Below, one piece after another: positions 29,944-40,222 of a stretch of 64,000 bases of DNA. Numbering within the stretch: position 1 is the first letter of the stretch; every line of letters starts with the position of its first letter. The DNA is from Micavibrio sp. (lineage in GTDB: Bacteria > Patescibacteriota > Minisyncoccia > Moranbacterales > GCA-2747515), in NCBI GenBank assembly GCA_020718085.1, contig DYDB01000002.1:113161-177160 (forward strand). The letters are read 5' to 3'. The translations under genes and the position numbers were made by a program. The notes below the pieces were generated by a model. It worked only from the letters and a program-made list of their open reading frames with translations, made no database searches and had not been told where the DNA came from.

Positions 29944-31773
29944 ATGTGTGGAATCGTTGGTTATATCGGAAAAAACAAAAACGCACAACAAATATTATTG
30001 GACGGATTACATCGATTGGAATATCGCGGGTATGACAGTGCGGGACTATGTGTAATTAGTGGTAAAAAATGTAAAACGTTTCGTGCGGTGGGAAAAGTTT
30101 CTGCATTGGAGGCAAAAATTGGCGAAAAAGATTTGGCAGCAAAAATTGGTATTGCACATACGCGTTGGGCGACACATGGAAAGCCGAGTGTGGTAAATGC
30201 ACACCCGCACAACTGTGGAAAAATACATTTGGTGCATAATGGTATTATTGAAAACTATGCACAACTCAAAGAAGCGTTGATCGCAAAGGGTCATATTTTT
30301 AGTAGTGAGACGGACAGTGAAGTTGTGGCACATCTCATTGATGAGGCGAATGGGTCTTCGCGATCGTTCGAAGAATCGGTGCAAGATGCTCTCGCACAAA
30401 TTCGTGGAGCATATGCTTTGGTGGTTATGCATGAAGATGAACCGGAGAAATTGATCGCAGTACGCAACAGCTCACCTCTTGTGATTGGGGTGGGTCGAGA
30501 TGAATTCATTGTTGCATCGGATGCATCGGCAATTATCACGCATACAGATCGTGTACTTTATCTCGATGATGGAGAGATGATCGTTTTAACAGCGGATGAT
30601 CATAGGATTACAAACTTTCAAGGTAAATTGAGAAATAAAAAAGAGCATGTACTTGATTGGAATGAGAGTGAGGCGCAAAAAGAGGGATATGCACACTTCA
30701 TGCTCAAAGAGATTTTTGAGCAGCCACATGCAGTAGAAGATGCAATGCGTGGACGAGTGATCATCAAAGAAGGTCTAGCGCGATTGGGTGGATTGTCTGC
30801 GGTGGAAAAAAAAATACGTAGCATCAATCGAATAGTGATCGTGTCATGTGGCACATCGTATCATGCCGGTCTGGTAGGGGAATATATGTTGGAGGAATAT
30901 GCCGGTATACCGACAGAAGTAGAATATGCATCAGAGTTTCGCTATCGTAAACCCCTTATTGATAAAAGAACGGCGGTGATCGCAATTTCACAATCAGGTG
31001 AAACAGCAGATACGCGTGCAGCAATACGTGAGGCGAAGAATAAGGGCGCGCTTACACTTGGTATTATCAACGCTGTGGGATCGACGATCGCTCGAGAAAC
31101 AGATGCTGGTGTGTACAATCATGCTGGTCCGGAAATTAGCGTGGCAAGCACCAAGGCATTTACATCACAATTAACGATCCTTACTTTATTTACGGTGTAT
31201 ATGGGACGACAGCGTGATATGTCGATGACAATGGGCAGGCGTATTCTCACAGAACTGCGTGCGTTACCACATAAAATTGAAGAGATTTTTACACAGGAAA
31301 AACATATTAAAAAAATTGCAAAAAAATACAGTAGTGTACAGAGTATGTTCTATTTGGGGCGAAAATACAATTATCCAATTGCGCTGGAAGGTGCGATCAA
31401 GATCAAGGAGATCTCATATATTCATGCAGAAGGTTATGCATCAGGTGAGATGAAACATGGTCCAATTGCCTTGATCGACAAAAATTTCCCCTCGATCGTG
31501 ATCGCGCCATGTGACAGTGTGTATGAAAAAACACTATCTGCAATTGCAGAGATTCGTGCACGTAGCGGTAAGGTAGTGGTGATCACGACAAGTGACGCAA
31601 CAGAAGCGATAAAAATTGCGGATGATGTGATCATTGTCCCAAAAACTTTGGAGATGCTCATGCCGCTCCTTACGGTTGTGCCACTACAAATTTTGGCATA
31701 TTATGCAGGTGTGACAAGAGGTTATGATGTTGATAAACCGCGTAACTTGGCAAAAAGTGTAACAGTTGAGTAA
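29944..31773 (+). CDS. glmS: glutamine-fructose-6-phosphate transaminase
   Basis: MCGIVG, HTRWATHG, PRNLAKSVTVE. Confidence 0.98.
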   Translation: MCGIVGYIGKNKNAQQILLDGLHRLEYRGYDSAGLCVISGKKCKTFRAVGKVSALEAKIGEKDLAAKIGIAHTRWATHGKPSVVNAHPHNCGKIHLVHNGIIENYAQLKEALIAKGHIFSSETDSEVVAHLIDEANGSSRSFEESVQDALAQIRGAYALVVMHEDEPEKLIAVRNSSPLVIGVGRDEFIVASDASAIITHTDRVLYLDDGEMIVLTADDHRITNFQGKLRNKKEHVLDWNESEAQKEGYAHFMLKEIFEQPHAVEDAMRGRVIIKEGLARLGGLSAVEKKIRSINRIVIVSCGTSYHAGLVGEYMLEEYAGIPTEVEYASEFRYRKPLIDKRTAVIAISQSGETADTRAAIREAKNKGALTLGIINAVGSTIARETDAGVYNHAGPEISVASTKAFTSQLTILTLFTVYMGRQRDMSMTMGRRILTELRALPHKIEEIFTQEKHIKKIAKKYSSVQSMFYLGRKYNYPIALEGAIKIKEISYIHAEGYASGEMKHGPIALIDKNFPSIVIAPCDSVYEKTLSAIAEIRARSGKVVVITTSDATEAIKIADDVIIVPKTLEMLMPLLTVVPLQILAYYAGVTRGYDVDKPRNLAKSVTVE

Positions 31774-31800
31774 TTAATAATTAATAATTAATAATTAATA
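31771..31800. repeat. heptamer tandem repeat (TAATTAA)x4 plus TA
   Basis: Runs from the glmS stop to the next ATG. Confidence 0.9.
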
Positions 31801-32343
31801 ATGAAAAATTCATATACAAGAACATTTGTGGCCGTGCTTTGTCTGATTGTGCTGAGTGGTTGTGCTGCGGGGATCGTAAAAAATAAGAATGGATCAACAG
31901 CACTGCCAGAGGCAGTAGTGGATCAAAAGGTAGAAAAATCAAAACGATTTATCTATGTTGTTGTGCCTGACGGCATGCAAGTAAATGGAGCTTCCTATGA
32001 TATTGTTGACAATATTGGATGTGGCGATGCATTGGTGCGCATAGAGGATGATACGCTTACGTCACCTGTGCAGGCATTGGAAAAAATGCTTGCATTTAAC
32101 GATCCTGCGAAGGGTTATCATAACAGTTTTGCTTCGTCTCAATTAAATGTCGTGCATGTGATGACGGATGAGGATGGTGGCACCAATGTTTTTTTGACAG
32201 GTCAATTGCATATTGGTGGTGTGTGCGATGTGCCGCGTATTCAAGCTCAACTGGAACGAACGGTACAACAATATAATGAAAATTCTTTGGTGCATATCTT
32301 TGTGAATGATGTGCCACTGGAGGATTTGCTTTCTGAAAAATGA
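31801..32343 (+). CDS. putative lipoprotein, GerMN-like
   Basis: Lipobox LSGC; IGCGD and GGVCDVPRIQAQL motifs. Confidence 0.75.
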   Translation: MKNSYTRTFVAVLCLIVLSGCAAGIVKNKNGSTALPEAVVDQKVEKSKRFIYVVVPDGMQVNGASYDIVDNIGCGDALVRIEDDTLTSPVQALEKMLAFNDPAKGYHNSFASSQLNVVHVMTDEDGGTNVFLTGQLHIGGVCDVPRIQAQLERTVQQYNENSLVHIFVNDVPLEDLLSEK

Positions 32344-32427
32344 TACAAAATTTAGAAGTTCTTGCATTGCATATGTGTACAAAGCAGGGTATACTGTGAT
32401 GCAGAGTTACTTGTGAAAACGTATTTT

Positions 32428-33207
32428 ATGGTGGATATGACATGGATTCAAGCACTTATTTTAGGTTGTGTGGAAGGCATAACGGAATTTTTGCCGATTT
32501 CGTCAACAGCACATCTCATTCTCACATCACATGTATTGGGCATTGGTCAGACGGAATTCATGAAAAGTTTTGAAATTATTATACAGCTCGGTGCTATTCT
32601 TGCTGTTGTTGTTTTATATTGGCGAGAACTGATGAATATGGAAGTAATAAAAAGATTGATCGTTGCGTTTGTGCCAACGGGCATATTAGGTGTGTTGTTT
32701 TATAATGTGATCAAGACCTATTTGATGAATAGTGATGCAGTGATTCTTATGGCGTTGTTCCTTGGTGGGCTATTCCTTGTTCTCTTTGAAAAATGGCATG
32801 TAGAAAAAAATGATGTAATTAGTGATATCAGTGCTATTTCTTATAAAAAATGCCTCGTGATCGGTATTTTTCAATCAATTGCGATGATTCCCGGTATATC
32901 GCGTTCTGCCGCAACGATCATCGGTGGACTCGCTCTGGGTTTTAAACGGGAGACAATTGTGGCGTTCTCGTTTCTTTTGGCAGTACCAACAATGATTGCA
33001 GCAACGGGATTTGATTTGATCAAAAACGCATCATCATTTTCATCATCACAATCTGTTGTTCTTGCGATTGGTTTTGTTACCGCATTTGTCACGGCAATTT
33101 TAGGTATTAAGTTTTTCTTGGCATATATACGAAAACATTCTTTTGCAACGTTTGGTATATACCGCATGATCATTGCGATGGTATTTTTTGCATTGTTTTT
33201 TATATAA
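32428..33207 (+). CDS. uppP: undecaprenyl-diphosphate phosphatase
   Basis: EGITEFLPISSTAH, PGISRS. Confidence 0.95.
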   Translation: MVDMTWIQALILGCVEGITEFLPISSTAHLILTSHVLGIGQTEFMKSFEIIIQLGAILAVVVLYWRELMNMEVIKRLIVAFVPTGILGVLFYNVIKTYLMNSDAVILMALFLGGLFLVLFEKWHVEKNDVISDISAISYKKCLVIGIFQSIAMIPGISRSAATIIGGLALGFKRETIVAFSFLLAVPTMIAATGFDLIKNASSFSSSQSVVLAIGFVTAFVTAILGIKFFLAYIRKHSFATFGIYRMIIAMVFFALFFI

Positions 33208-33211
33208 TGTT

Positions 33212-34081
33212 ATGAAATTGATTGATGGAAAAATGATTGCTGCAAAAAAACTTCTTGCAGTACAGGAATTGATCGAGGATGAGGAACTAGAGCCAAAGCT
33301 TGCAGTAATTCTTGTGGGTAATGATCCTGCATCACAGTTATATGTGAAGCTTAAGGTGAAGGCTGCAAAAGAAGTGGGTATTGAACTTCGAACGTATTTT
33401 TGTGAAGAGGGAACGCCACGCGAAGAGATTGTAGAAAGCATTGCATTTCTCAATGCAGATCCAGATACGCACGGTATCATTGTACAATTACCACTTCCAG
33501 AGCATTTGGATGCGGATGATATTATAGGTCTCATTGATCCGGCAAAGGATGTGGATGGTTTTCACAAAACAAATCAAGAAAAATTTCTTGCTGATCAAGC
33601 GTGCGTGTATCCGGTGTTTCCCGGTGCCATTATGGGACTCATTACATCGTGTGTGGATGATCTGCGGGGGAAAAAAGCCGTTGTTCTCGGTAAGAGTGAT
33701 ATATTTGATCGCGTGATGACACATGCATTTGCACAACGCGAATGTGATGCTATTTTTATCGGTTGTGCACAGAAAAATGAATTTACATTACAAGAAAAAG
33801 ATGTGATCAATCAAGCGGATATCATTGTGACAGCAATCGGCAGACCCGGATTTTTATCCTGTGATCTGATCAAGGATGATGCGATCGTGATCGATGGAGG
33901 AATCAGTAAAGTAGGTGAAAAGGTGGTGGGAGACGTAGATCGCACGCACTGTAATGATCGTGACATCTTTATTTCTGCCGTACCTGGCGGTGTGGGTCCG
34001 GTAACAATTGCGTGTTTACTGGAAAACGTGACACATTTTGCACAATGTAAAGAAAGTCAGTGTACATGTGAACATTGTTAG
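33212..34081 (+). CDS. folD: methylenetetrahydrofolate dehydrogenase/cyclohydrolase
   Basis: GIIVQLPLP, KDVDGFH, VPGGVGPVT. Confidence 0.95.
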   Translation: MKLIDGKMIAAKKLLAVQELIEDEELEPKLAVILVGNDPASQLYVKLKVKAAKEVGIELRTYFCEEGTPREEIVESIAFLNADPDTHGIIVQLPLPEHLDADDIIGLIDPAKDVDGFHKTNQEKFLADQACVYPVFPGAIMGLITSCVDDLRGKKAVVLGKSDIFDRVMTHAFAQRECDAIFIGCAQKNEFTLQEKDVINQADIIVTAIGRPGFLSCDLIKDDAIVIDGGISKVGEKVVGDVDRTHCNDRDIFISAVPGGVGPVTIACLLENVTHFAQCKESQCTCEHC

Positions 34082-34093
34082 AATCTTTTTTCT

Positions 34094-34831
34094 ATGACAA
34101 AAATTGTTGCAATTGGAGGTGGTGAAATGAGCAAACAGGAAACAGTGGCGATTGATCGGGAGATCATGAGGTTTTCCGGTAAGAAAAAACCGCATCTGCT
34201 TTTTATTCCGACAGCAAGTAAAGATGCTGAGGGATATATAACAAACATCGAAATGTACTTTGGTGAGCGATTGGGTTGTGTCGTGGATGTTTTGCGTGTC
34301 GCAAAAGATTCTCCAAAAAAGAAGTTTCTGGAAGAAAAAATTCTCGGAGCGGATATTATTTATGTTGGTGGTGGTAATACGCTTTTTATGATGATGCGAT
34401 GGCGCAGGCTTGGTATCGATAAAATTTTGGGTAAGGCGTTAGAAAGGGACATTGTGCTTTGTGGAATGAGCGCCGGTTCGATCTGTTGGTTCAATTTTGG
34501 GAACTCAGATTCACGAAAATTTACGAGCGGAAGTGAAAAAATGGTCAAAGTAACGGGATTGGGATTTATCAATGCTTTGCATTGTCCACACTATGATGTG
34601 GAAAAATCACGTAAAAGGGATTTAAAGCGAATGATGAGAAACGATAAGCATGTTGCCATTGCACTGGAAAACAATTGTGCGTTACAAATTTATGATGATA
34701 CATATCGTATAATCACGAGCGATGAGAATGCGCGTGCGTATAAGGCATATTGGAAAAATGGGGAATATCACGAAGATGTTATTACATGTGACAAAAAGTA
34801 TTATTTACTACAAGAATTGTTGCAAAAGTAA
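34094..34831 (+). CDS. peptidase E (S51)
   Basis: FIPTAS, YVGGGNT, GMSAG, CPHY. Confidence 0.9.
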   Translation: MTKIVAIGGGEMSKQETVAIDREIMRFSGKKKPHLLFIPTASKDAEGYITNIEMYFGERLGCVVDVLRVAKDSPKKKFLEEKILGADIIYVGGGNTLFMMMRWRRLGIDKILGKALERDIVLCGMSAGSICWFNFGNSDSRKFTSGSEKMVKVTGLGFINALHCPHYDVEKSRKRDLKRMMRNDKHVAIALENNCALQIYDDTYRIITSDENARAYKAYWKNGEYHEDVITCDKKYYLLQELLQK

Positions 34832-34848
34832 AATTTATGAGATAAATC

Positions 34849-34878
34849 AAAAAATAGGGCTATGATGCCCTATTTTTT
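34849..34878. terminator. bidirectional terminator
   Basis: AAAAAATAGGGC-TATGAT-GCCCTATTTTTT. Confidence 0.85.
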
Positions 34879-34885
34879 ATGATAC

Positions 34886-34907
34886 GTGCCTCGGGAGAGG
34901 CTCGAAC
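34886..34907 (-). repeat. duplicate of the tRNA-Leu 3' end (att-like direct repeat)
   Basis: GTGCCTCGGGAGAGGCTCGAAC vs GTGCCTCGGGAGAGACTCGAAC at 35054-35075 (21/22). Confidence 0.85.
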
Positions 34908-35054
34908 GTCGTTGCACTCCTTGAAAACCCACGGTTTTCAACACTTTCCTTCAACGGGAAAATTATCATTTCCCCGACCCCTTTATTTGTTCGAGTAAAA
35001 TTTTAAATTTATGTTCAGAAATGGCAGGTATAGTTCAATGTGTCAATTTTTATG

Positions 35055-35138
35055 TGCCTCGGGAGAGACTCGAACTCTCACATCCTTGCGAATACTGGAT
35101 TTTGAGTCCAGCGCGTCTACCAATTCCGCCACCGAGGC
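35055..35138 (-). tRNA. tRNA-Leu(CAA)
   Basis: Acceptor GCCTCGG/CCGAGGC, anticodon arm CTGGA-CTCAAAA-TCCAG, long variable arm. Confidence 0.95.
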
Positions 35139-35294
35139 ATATTTAGTTTGTAAAGTTGTAAGCTTGTAAAGTATATAAGTATTTTTACAAACCCACATAT
35201 CAGATTTTGGAGTACTTGTGCTATTATAGTATAATTGTTGTAGTAAATCAAGGCTCATGCCTTCCAGAATGACTTTATTCTTAAATTACGCGTA

Positions 35295-36059
35295 ATGGCA
35301 CAAATCATTTCATTTATCAATCAAAAAGGTGGTGTAGGTAAGACGACAAGTGCAGTTAATACGGCAAGTTATCTTGCAGATATGGGCAAATTTGTGCTTT
35401 TGGTGGACCTGGATCCGCAGGGTAATGCATCGTCGGGATTAGGTATCGATCCACGACAAGTACAACATAGCTTGTATTCCACAATGGTAGGGGGTGGTAA
35501 TGTGCGTGATGCGATTGTGGGTGCGGGCATGGACGGATTGAGTTTGATTCCTGCAACAGCGGACTTGGCGGGAGCAAATATCGATCTTGTGGAAATGGAA
35601 AATCGTGAATTTCGTCTATATGATGTTTTGCGTCAAATCCGTATGGATTACGATTATATCATTGTTGACTCACCACCAAGCTTAGGACTTCTTACCATTA
35701 ACGGTCTCGTGGCTTCAGACAGTGTCATTATCCCGGTACAAGCAGAGTATTATGCTCTGGAGGGTTTAGGACAATTACTTGAAACGATCCAATTGGTACA
35801 AAATAATCTACAACCGGAACTAAATATTATGGGTGCGGTGATCACATTGTATGATAGACGCAATCGTTTGGCGCGGCAGGTTGTGCGCGAAATGCGACAG
35901 CATTTTCCAGGACGTGTATTTGAAAGTATTATTCCACGTAGTATTCGTTTGGCTGAGGCGCCGAGTTTTGGGCAATCAATTACGATGTTCGATAATTTCA
36001 ATAAAGGTGCAAAGGCATATAAGTCATTAGCAAAAGAGATCATCGCTCTCGAAAAATAA
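35295..36059 (+). CDS. parA: chromosome partitioning ATPase ParA/Soj
   Basis: NQKGGVGKTT, DLDPQGN, LAEAPSFG. Confidence 0.95.
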   Translation: MAQIISFINQKGGVGKTTSAVNTASYLADMGKFVLLVDLDPQGNASSGLGIDPRQVQHSLYSTMVGGGNVRDAIVGAGMDGLSLIPATADLAGANIDLVEMENREFRLYDVLRQIRMDYDYIIVDSPPSLGLLTINGLVASDSVIIPVQAEYYALEGLGQLLETIQLVQNNLQPELNIMGAVITLYDRRNRLARQVVREMRQHFPGRVFESIIPRSIRLAEAPSFGQSITMFDNFNKGAKAYKSLAKEIIALEK

Positions 36060-36069
36060 ATAAAAATAT

Positions 36070-37032
36070 ATGATACAGCGACACGGTTTGGGACGAGGAC
36101 TTTCTTCACTTATCCCACAAAAAAACACAACAATACAAAGTGAGCCGCAAAGAACAACAGATCGTGATACACGGTCGGTTTCGCGTCCGTTGCGTGATGA
36201 AAAAACATCAGCGCCTGTGCAAAGTTCTAAAGAAAATTTGAGTGATCATGATATTGTCAAAGAAGTTGCGATCGGTAAAGTGCGAGCCAATGCACAGCAA
36301 CCACGCATGTATTTTGACGAGGCAAAATTGGATGAGTTGGCACATTCGATCAAAACACATGGCGTTTTACAACCACTAATTGTGATCCATAAAGGGGATC
36401 ACTATGAGCTCATTGCCGGTGAGCGACGTTTGCGCGCATCAAAAAAAGCGGGATGTGAAACTGTGCCGGTGATCATCAAAAGGGATATTGATCTTGGTGA
36501 ACAAAAAAAACTGGAACTGGCACTTATTGAAAATATCCAACGACACGACCTCAATGTGATCGAGGAATCAAAATCATACAATCGTCTCGCGGATGAATTT
36601 GGGTTATCACAGGAGGAGATAGCAAATCGTTCTGGAAAAAGTCGCAGTGCTATCGCCAATCGTATGCGCTTAACAGGATTACCGGTTGAAGTGCAAAAAG
36701 GCCTTATCTCCGGAGAAATTACGGAAGGGCACGCAAAGGTCATTCTTAGTCTTGCTGGTATGCAAAAACAACTTGCACTTTATAATATGATTCTTTCTCA
36801 AAGATTGACTGTGCGACAAGCAGAAGATAAGGCACATCTTGCTGAACATACAAAACATGTAAGCAGAAATCATAATAAGACACCACAGGCACGTCGGTTG
36901 GAAGATCAATTGGCGCGATATTTTGGTACACGGGTACGTGTAAATGAGAACAGTGGCGGTGGTAATATTACCGTGTCGTATTTTTCGGAAGAGGAATTGA
37001 AAAACATTTTGTCGCGGCTGAAATTGGCATAG
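36070..37032 (+). CDS. parB: chromosome partitioning protein ParB
   Basis: GLGRGLSSLI, AGERRLRA, ALIENIQR. Confidence 0.95.
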   Translation: MIQRHGLGRGLSSLIPQKNTTIQSEPQRTTDRDTRSVSRPLRDEKTSAPVQSSKENLSDHDIVKEVAIGKVRANAQQPRMYFDEAKLDELAHSIKTHGVLQPLIVIHKGDHYELIAGERRLRASKKAGCETVPVIIKRDIDLGEQKKLELALIENIQRHDLNVIEESKSYNRLADEFGLSQEEIANRSGKSRSAIANRMRLTGLPVEVQKGLISGEITEGHAKVILSLAGMQKQLALYNMILSQRLTVRQAEDKAHLAEHTKHVSRNHNKTPQARRLEDQLARYFGTRVRVNENSGGGNITVSYFSEEELKNILSRLKLA

Positions 37033-37216
37033 AGTAAAGTTCGTAAATACACAATTTTTAACATATTATCCACTTGCGTATTCACATAATGACAGGTTAT
37101 CTGAAATTTGTTTTTTCTTTTCTCCTATCGGCGTACGCATTTCTGTAATGAATTAATCGAACTTATTTTTTTAAAGGGAAATAAGAAAGAACGCTTTATT
37201 AATTTTTTTGATAAAA

Positions 37217-38068
37217 ATGTTAACGTTATTGAGCTACTTGTTCTATTTTGTCGCAGCTAGTGCCTCACCGCTTCAAAGACGATGGTTAGCAACCAGAAAA
37301 AATAAAAACAATACGGGGCAAATAAATTTTGCTTTTCAAGTGGCGCTTATTACCGTGGTTTTAAGTTTGCTTCTACCTATTTTTAAGCCATTTTATCTGC
37401 AAGGAAATCCATTCGCACTAATTGTACTAACTTTAGTTAGCGGCGTTTTTGGAGCAGGTTATTTCATCTGCTTTTATACGGCGCAAAAATTTGTTGAAGC
37501 AGGGATCAGCACTTTAGTAAACAATATCTATACACCGATAACTATTGTGCTTGCTACTATATTTTTAAACGAGAAACTGACAACTATACAAATTTTTGGA
37601 ACAGTGCTTCTGCTTGTTGGAATGGTAATAGTATCTAAAAAGCATAGAATTGGGAAATTCAAATTTGATAAATATTTTATGCTGATGGTTTTGTCGGGAG
37701 TTATGCTTGGCGTTTCTCTTACCGCAGAACGTGCCTTGCAAAAAGCAACTGGTTTTACTGCAGGCACAATGCTTAGCTGGTGGTCGCAATGTCTATTTCT
37801 TGGAATCATAACGCTCGTTACGAACAATAAGAATGAATACACAAAAAAAGATATCGCCGTAACTGGGGTATTACGATTTTTTCAATCCTTGTCTTGGGTT
37901 ATTTTGATTTTTAGTGTTGGAAATTTAAGTTTAGTATCAGCTATCACGACATTTAAAATAGTTATAATTTTCATTGCCGCTGCAATATTTTTGAATGAAC
38001 GAGAAGATTTGACTAGAAAAATTATTGGTAGCCTTGTTGCTTTGGCTGGATTATTATTAATGAGATAA
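37217..38068 (+). CDS. EamA/DMT family transporter
   Basis: About 10 TM segments, duplicated IFLNE motif; codon usage looks atypical. Confidence 0.85.
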   Translation: MLTLLSYLFYFVAASASPLQRRWLATRKNKNNTGQINFAFQVALITVVLSLLLPIFKPFYLQGNPFALIVLTLVSGVFGAGYFICFYTAQKFVEAGISTLVNNIYTPITIVLATIFLNEKLTTIQIFGTVLLLVGMVIVSKKHRIGKFKFDKYFMLMVLSGVMLGVSLTAERALQKATGFTAGTMLSWWSQCLFLGIITLVTNNKNEYTKKDIAVTGVLRFFQSLSWVILIFSVGNLSLVSAITTFKIVIIFIAAAIFLNEREDLTRKIIGSLVALAGLLLMR

Positions 38069-38217
38069 GACGTCTTTTGTTTTTTGCATTCATCTCCAAT
38101 TCCTCTGTTAAAAATCAAAGACGAAATTCAATTAAATTATTTCGGAAATGTTGTTTCGCTAGACGCGAAATAAAAAAGCAAACATCAGATAACAAAATAG
38201 GTTTTATTTTTTAAATA

Positions 38218-38496
38218 ATGGAAAAAATATTTTTGCTTTATAGTGGTTTCAATTGGTTTATTGCTCTCGGAGTTATGCTGAGCTATGTCATTATCGATGG
38301 TTTATACGCTAGATATACTTTAGAAGTTGTTGCTCTAAAACCTTTTAAGTCAGCGACTATCGGTGCAGGAATGCATTTTCTTTTAGCTTATGGGGTTATT
38401 AATTATACTGAGAACTGGCTTTACATTTTTCCATTGGTTATTGGTTCATGGATTGGAACGTATTTTATTGTAAAGTGTGAAAAAAATAAAAGATAA
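38218..38496 (+). CDS. small membrane protein
   Basis: 92 aa, hydrophobic; same atypical segment. Confidence 0.7.
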   Translation: MEKIFLLYSGFNWFIALGVMLSYVIIDGLYARYTLEVVALKPFKSATIGAGMHFLLAYGVINYTENWLYIFPLVIGSWIGTYFIVKCEKNKR

Positions 38497-38605
38497 AACT
38501 CACATTACGCAACACGGCACATGCGGTTCTGATTCGCTCAATATTTGAATACAAGAATTCGATTTATGCAAAGACTAGGATCATGTGAATTTTTTGCCGG
38601 TTTTT

Positions 38606-40108
38606 TTATTCTTCTTGTGCCTTGCGTGCGCGCTTGATCGAACGGCGAATCGCTCCTTTTGCCATTGATGTTTTGACAAAAGTGAGCCAATCCGCATTTG
38701 GACTTTTACGATTTTTATCTGTGATGATCTCGATGATCTGTCCATTGTGTACGGTGGAATCCAAAGAGACCATTTTTCCGTTTAATCGTGCACCTGTCGC
38801 TGAATTGCCGATATCCGTGTGAATGGCATAGGCAAAATCAACGATACTCGCACCTTCTGGCAGTTCAATAATGTCACCCATCGGTGTAAATGCAAAAATA
38901 TGATTTTTGAGAAAATCGACTTTGAGACCCTCGATAAATTCTTCCGGATTATTGCCCAGTTCTTTCTGCCATTCTTGAAGTTGCATGACCCACTCCACTT
39001 CTTTCTTTGATACTTCGTTCTTTTTTGGAAGAAAATAATCTTTCCAACTTTTGTGTTTTCGTGATTCATAAAGCCAATGAGCGGCAATGCCGAATTCTGC
39101 CTCATCATGCATTTTTTGTGTACGAATTTGTATTTCAAGGACACGACCATCCGGACCAAAAACAGTCGTGTGAATTGATTGATAGCCATTTGGTTTGGGT
39201 AGGGAAATATAGTCTTTGATGCGTCCGATCATGGGATGAAATTTTTTGTGTACGATGCCGAGTGTTTCATAACATGCTGCAATATCGTTGACAATGACAC
39301 GTACGGCAACCAGATCATAGACCCGATTGATGTCCATGTCGTGTTTGAGCAGTTTTTGATGAAGACTGTGAATACCTTTGGCACGACCATGTACATCAAC
39401 AAAGATGATCCCTTCGCTTTTTAATTCTTTTTTGATTTCTTCGATTGCTTTTTTGACATAAATTTCCTTTTCTTTTATCTGTGTTTCACTGATATTTTTT
39501 GTACTATGATATGCATCTGGATGAAGATAAAGAAAACAAAGATCAGTGAGTTCACTGCGAATCTCTCCAATACCCAATCTATTGGCGATGGGTACATATA
39601 TCTCCATGGTCTCATTCGCGATACGTTGTTGTTTTTCTTGTGGAAGATGTTCAAGTGTTTGCATATTATGCAAACGGTCTGCAAGTTTGATAATGACTGT
39701 GCGAATGTCTGAGCCCATTGCGAGGAACATGCGACGCCAATTTTCCAATTTGTATTCCTCCTTTGTGCCACGCAATTTGATCTTGCCGAGTTTTGTGATT
39801 CCTTCGATCATTTGTGCAATATCCGGACCGAATTTTTTTGCAATGGTGGCAAGTGTCTCTGGAGTGTCTTCTGGAACATCATGCATAAGTCCTGCAGCTA
39901 CTGTGCGGGCATCCATGCCGATCTTTGCGAGAATGCGTGCTGTGGAGAGGCAATGATGAATGTATGGCATGCCACTTGCACGTACCTGTCCATTGTGTGC
40001 AGCATTGGCAAATTCATATGCTTGCAATATTAATTTGCGACCCTCATTACCCGGAGGTGTTTTAAATGCATGTAGCACATCATCTATTGTTGCAAGAGTC
40101 TGTTTCAT
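38606..40108 (-). CDS. RelA/SpoT (p)ppGpp hydrolase-synthetase ending after the TGS region
   Basis: HDVPED, KLADRLHNM, YQSIHT, EIQIRT, VDFAYAIHT. Confidence 0.95.
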   Translation of the reverse strand: MKQTLATIDDVLHAFKTPPGNEGRKLILQAYEFANAAHNGQVRASGMPYIHHCLSTARILAKIGMDARTVAAGLMHDVPEDTPETLATIAKKFGPDIAQMIEGITKLGKIKLRGTKEEYKLENWRRMFLAMGSDIRTVIIKLADRLHNMQTLEHLPQEKQQRIANETMEIYVPIANRLGIGEIRSELTDLCFLYLHPDAYHSTKNISETQIKEKEIYVKKAIEEIKKELKSEGIIFVDVHGRAKGIHSLHQKLLKHDMDINRVYDLVAVRVIVNDIAACYETLGIVHKKFHPMIGRIKDYISLPKPNGYQSIHTTVFGPDGRVLEIQIRTQKMHDEAEFGIAAHWLYESRKHKSWKDYFLPKKNEVSKKEVEWVMQLQEWQKELGNNPEEFIEGLKVDFLKNHIFAFTPMGDIIELPEGASIVDFAYAIHTDIGNSATGARLNGKMVSLDSTVHNGQIIEIITDKNRKSPNADWLTFVKTSMAKGAIRRSIKRARKAQEE

Positions 40109-40222
40109 AGGAGATGTTTTATAATTTGTATATTTACTATACGGCCTGTACGATGAGTTGACAAGTAAGTGATTTTCGTGTGATTGTCATTATATAAATA
40201 TGTGTCATGTTACAATGTTCAT

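Noticed and set aside
38606..40108. Truncated RelA as a toxic small alarmone synthetase
   Set aside because: It keeps hydrolase, synthetase and TGS motifs, so it is a shortened housekeeping enzyme
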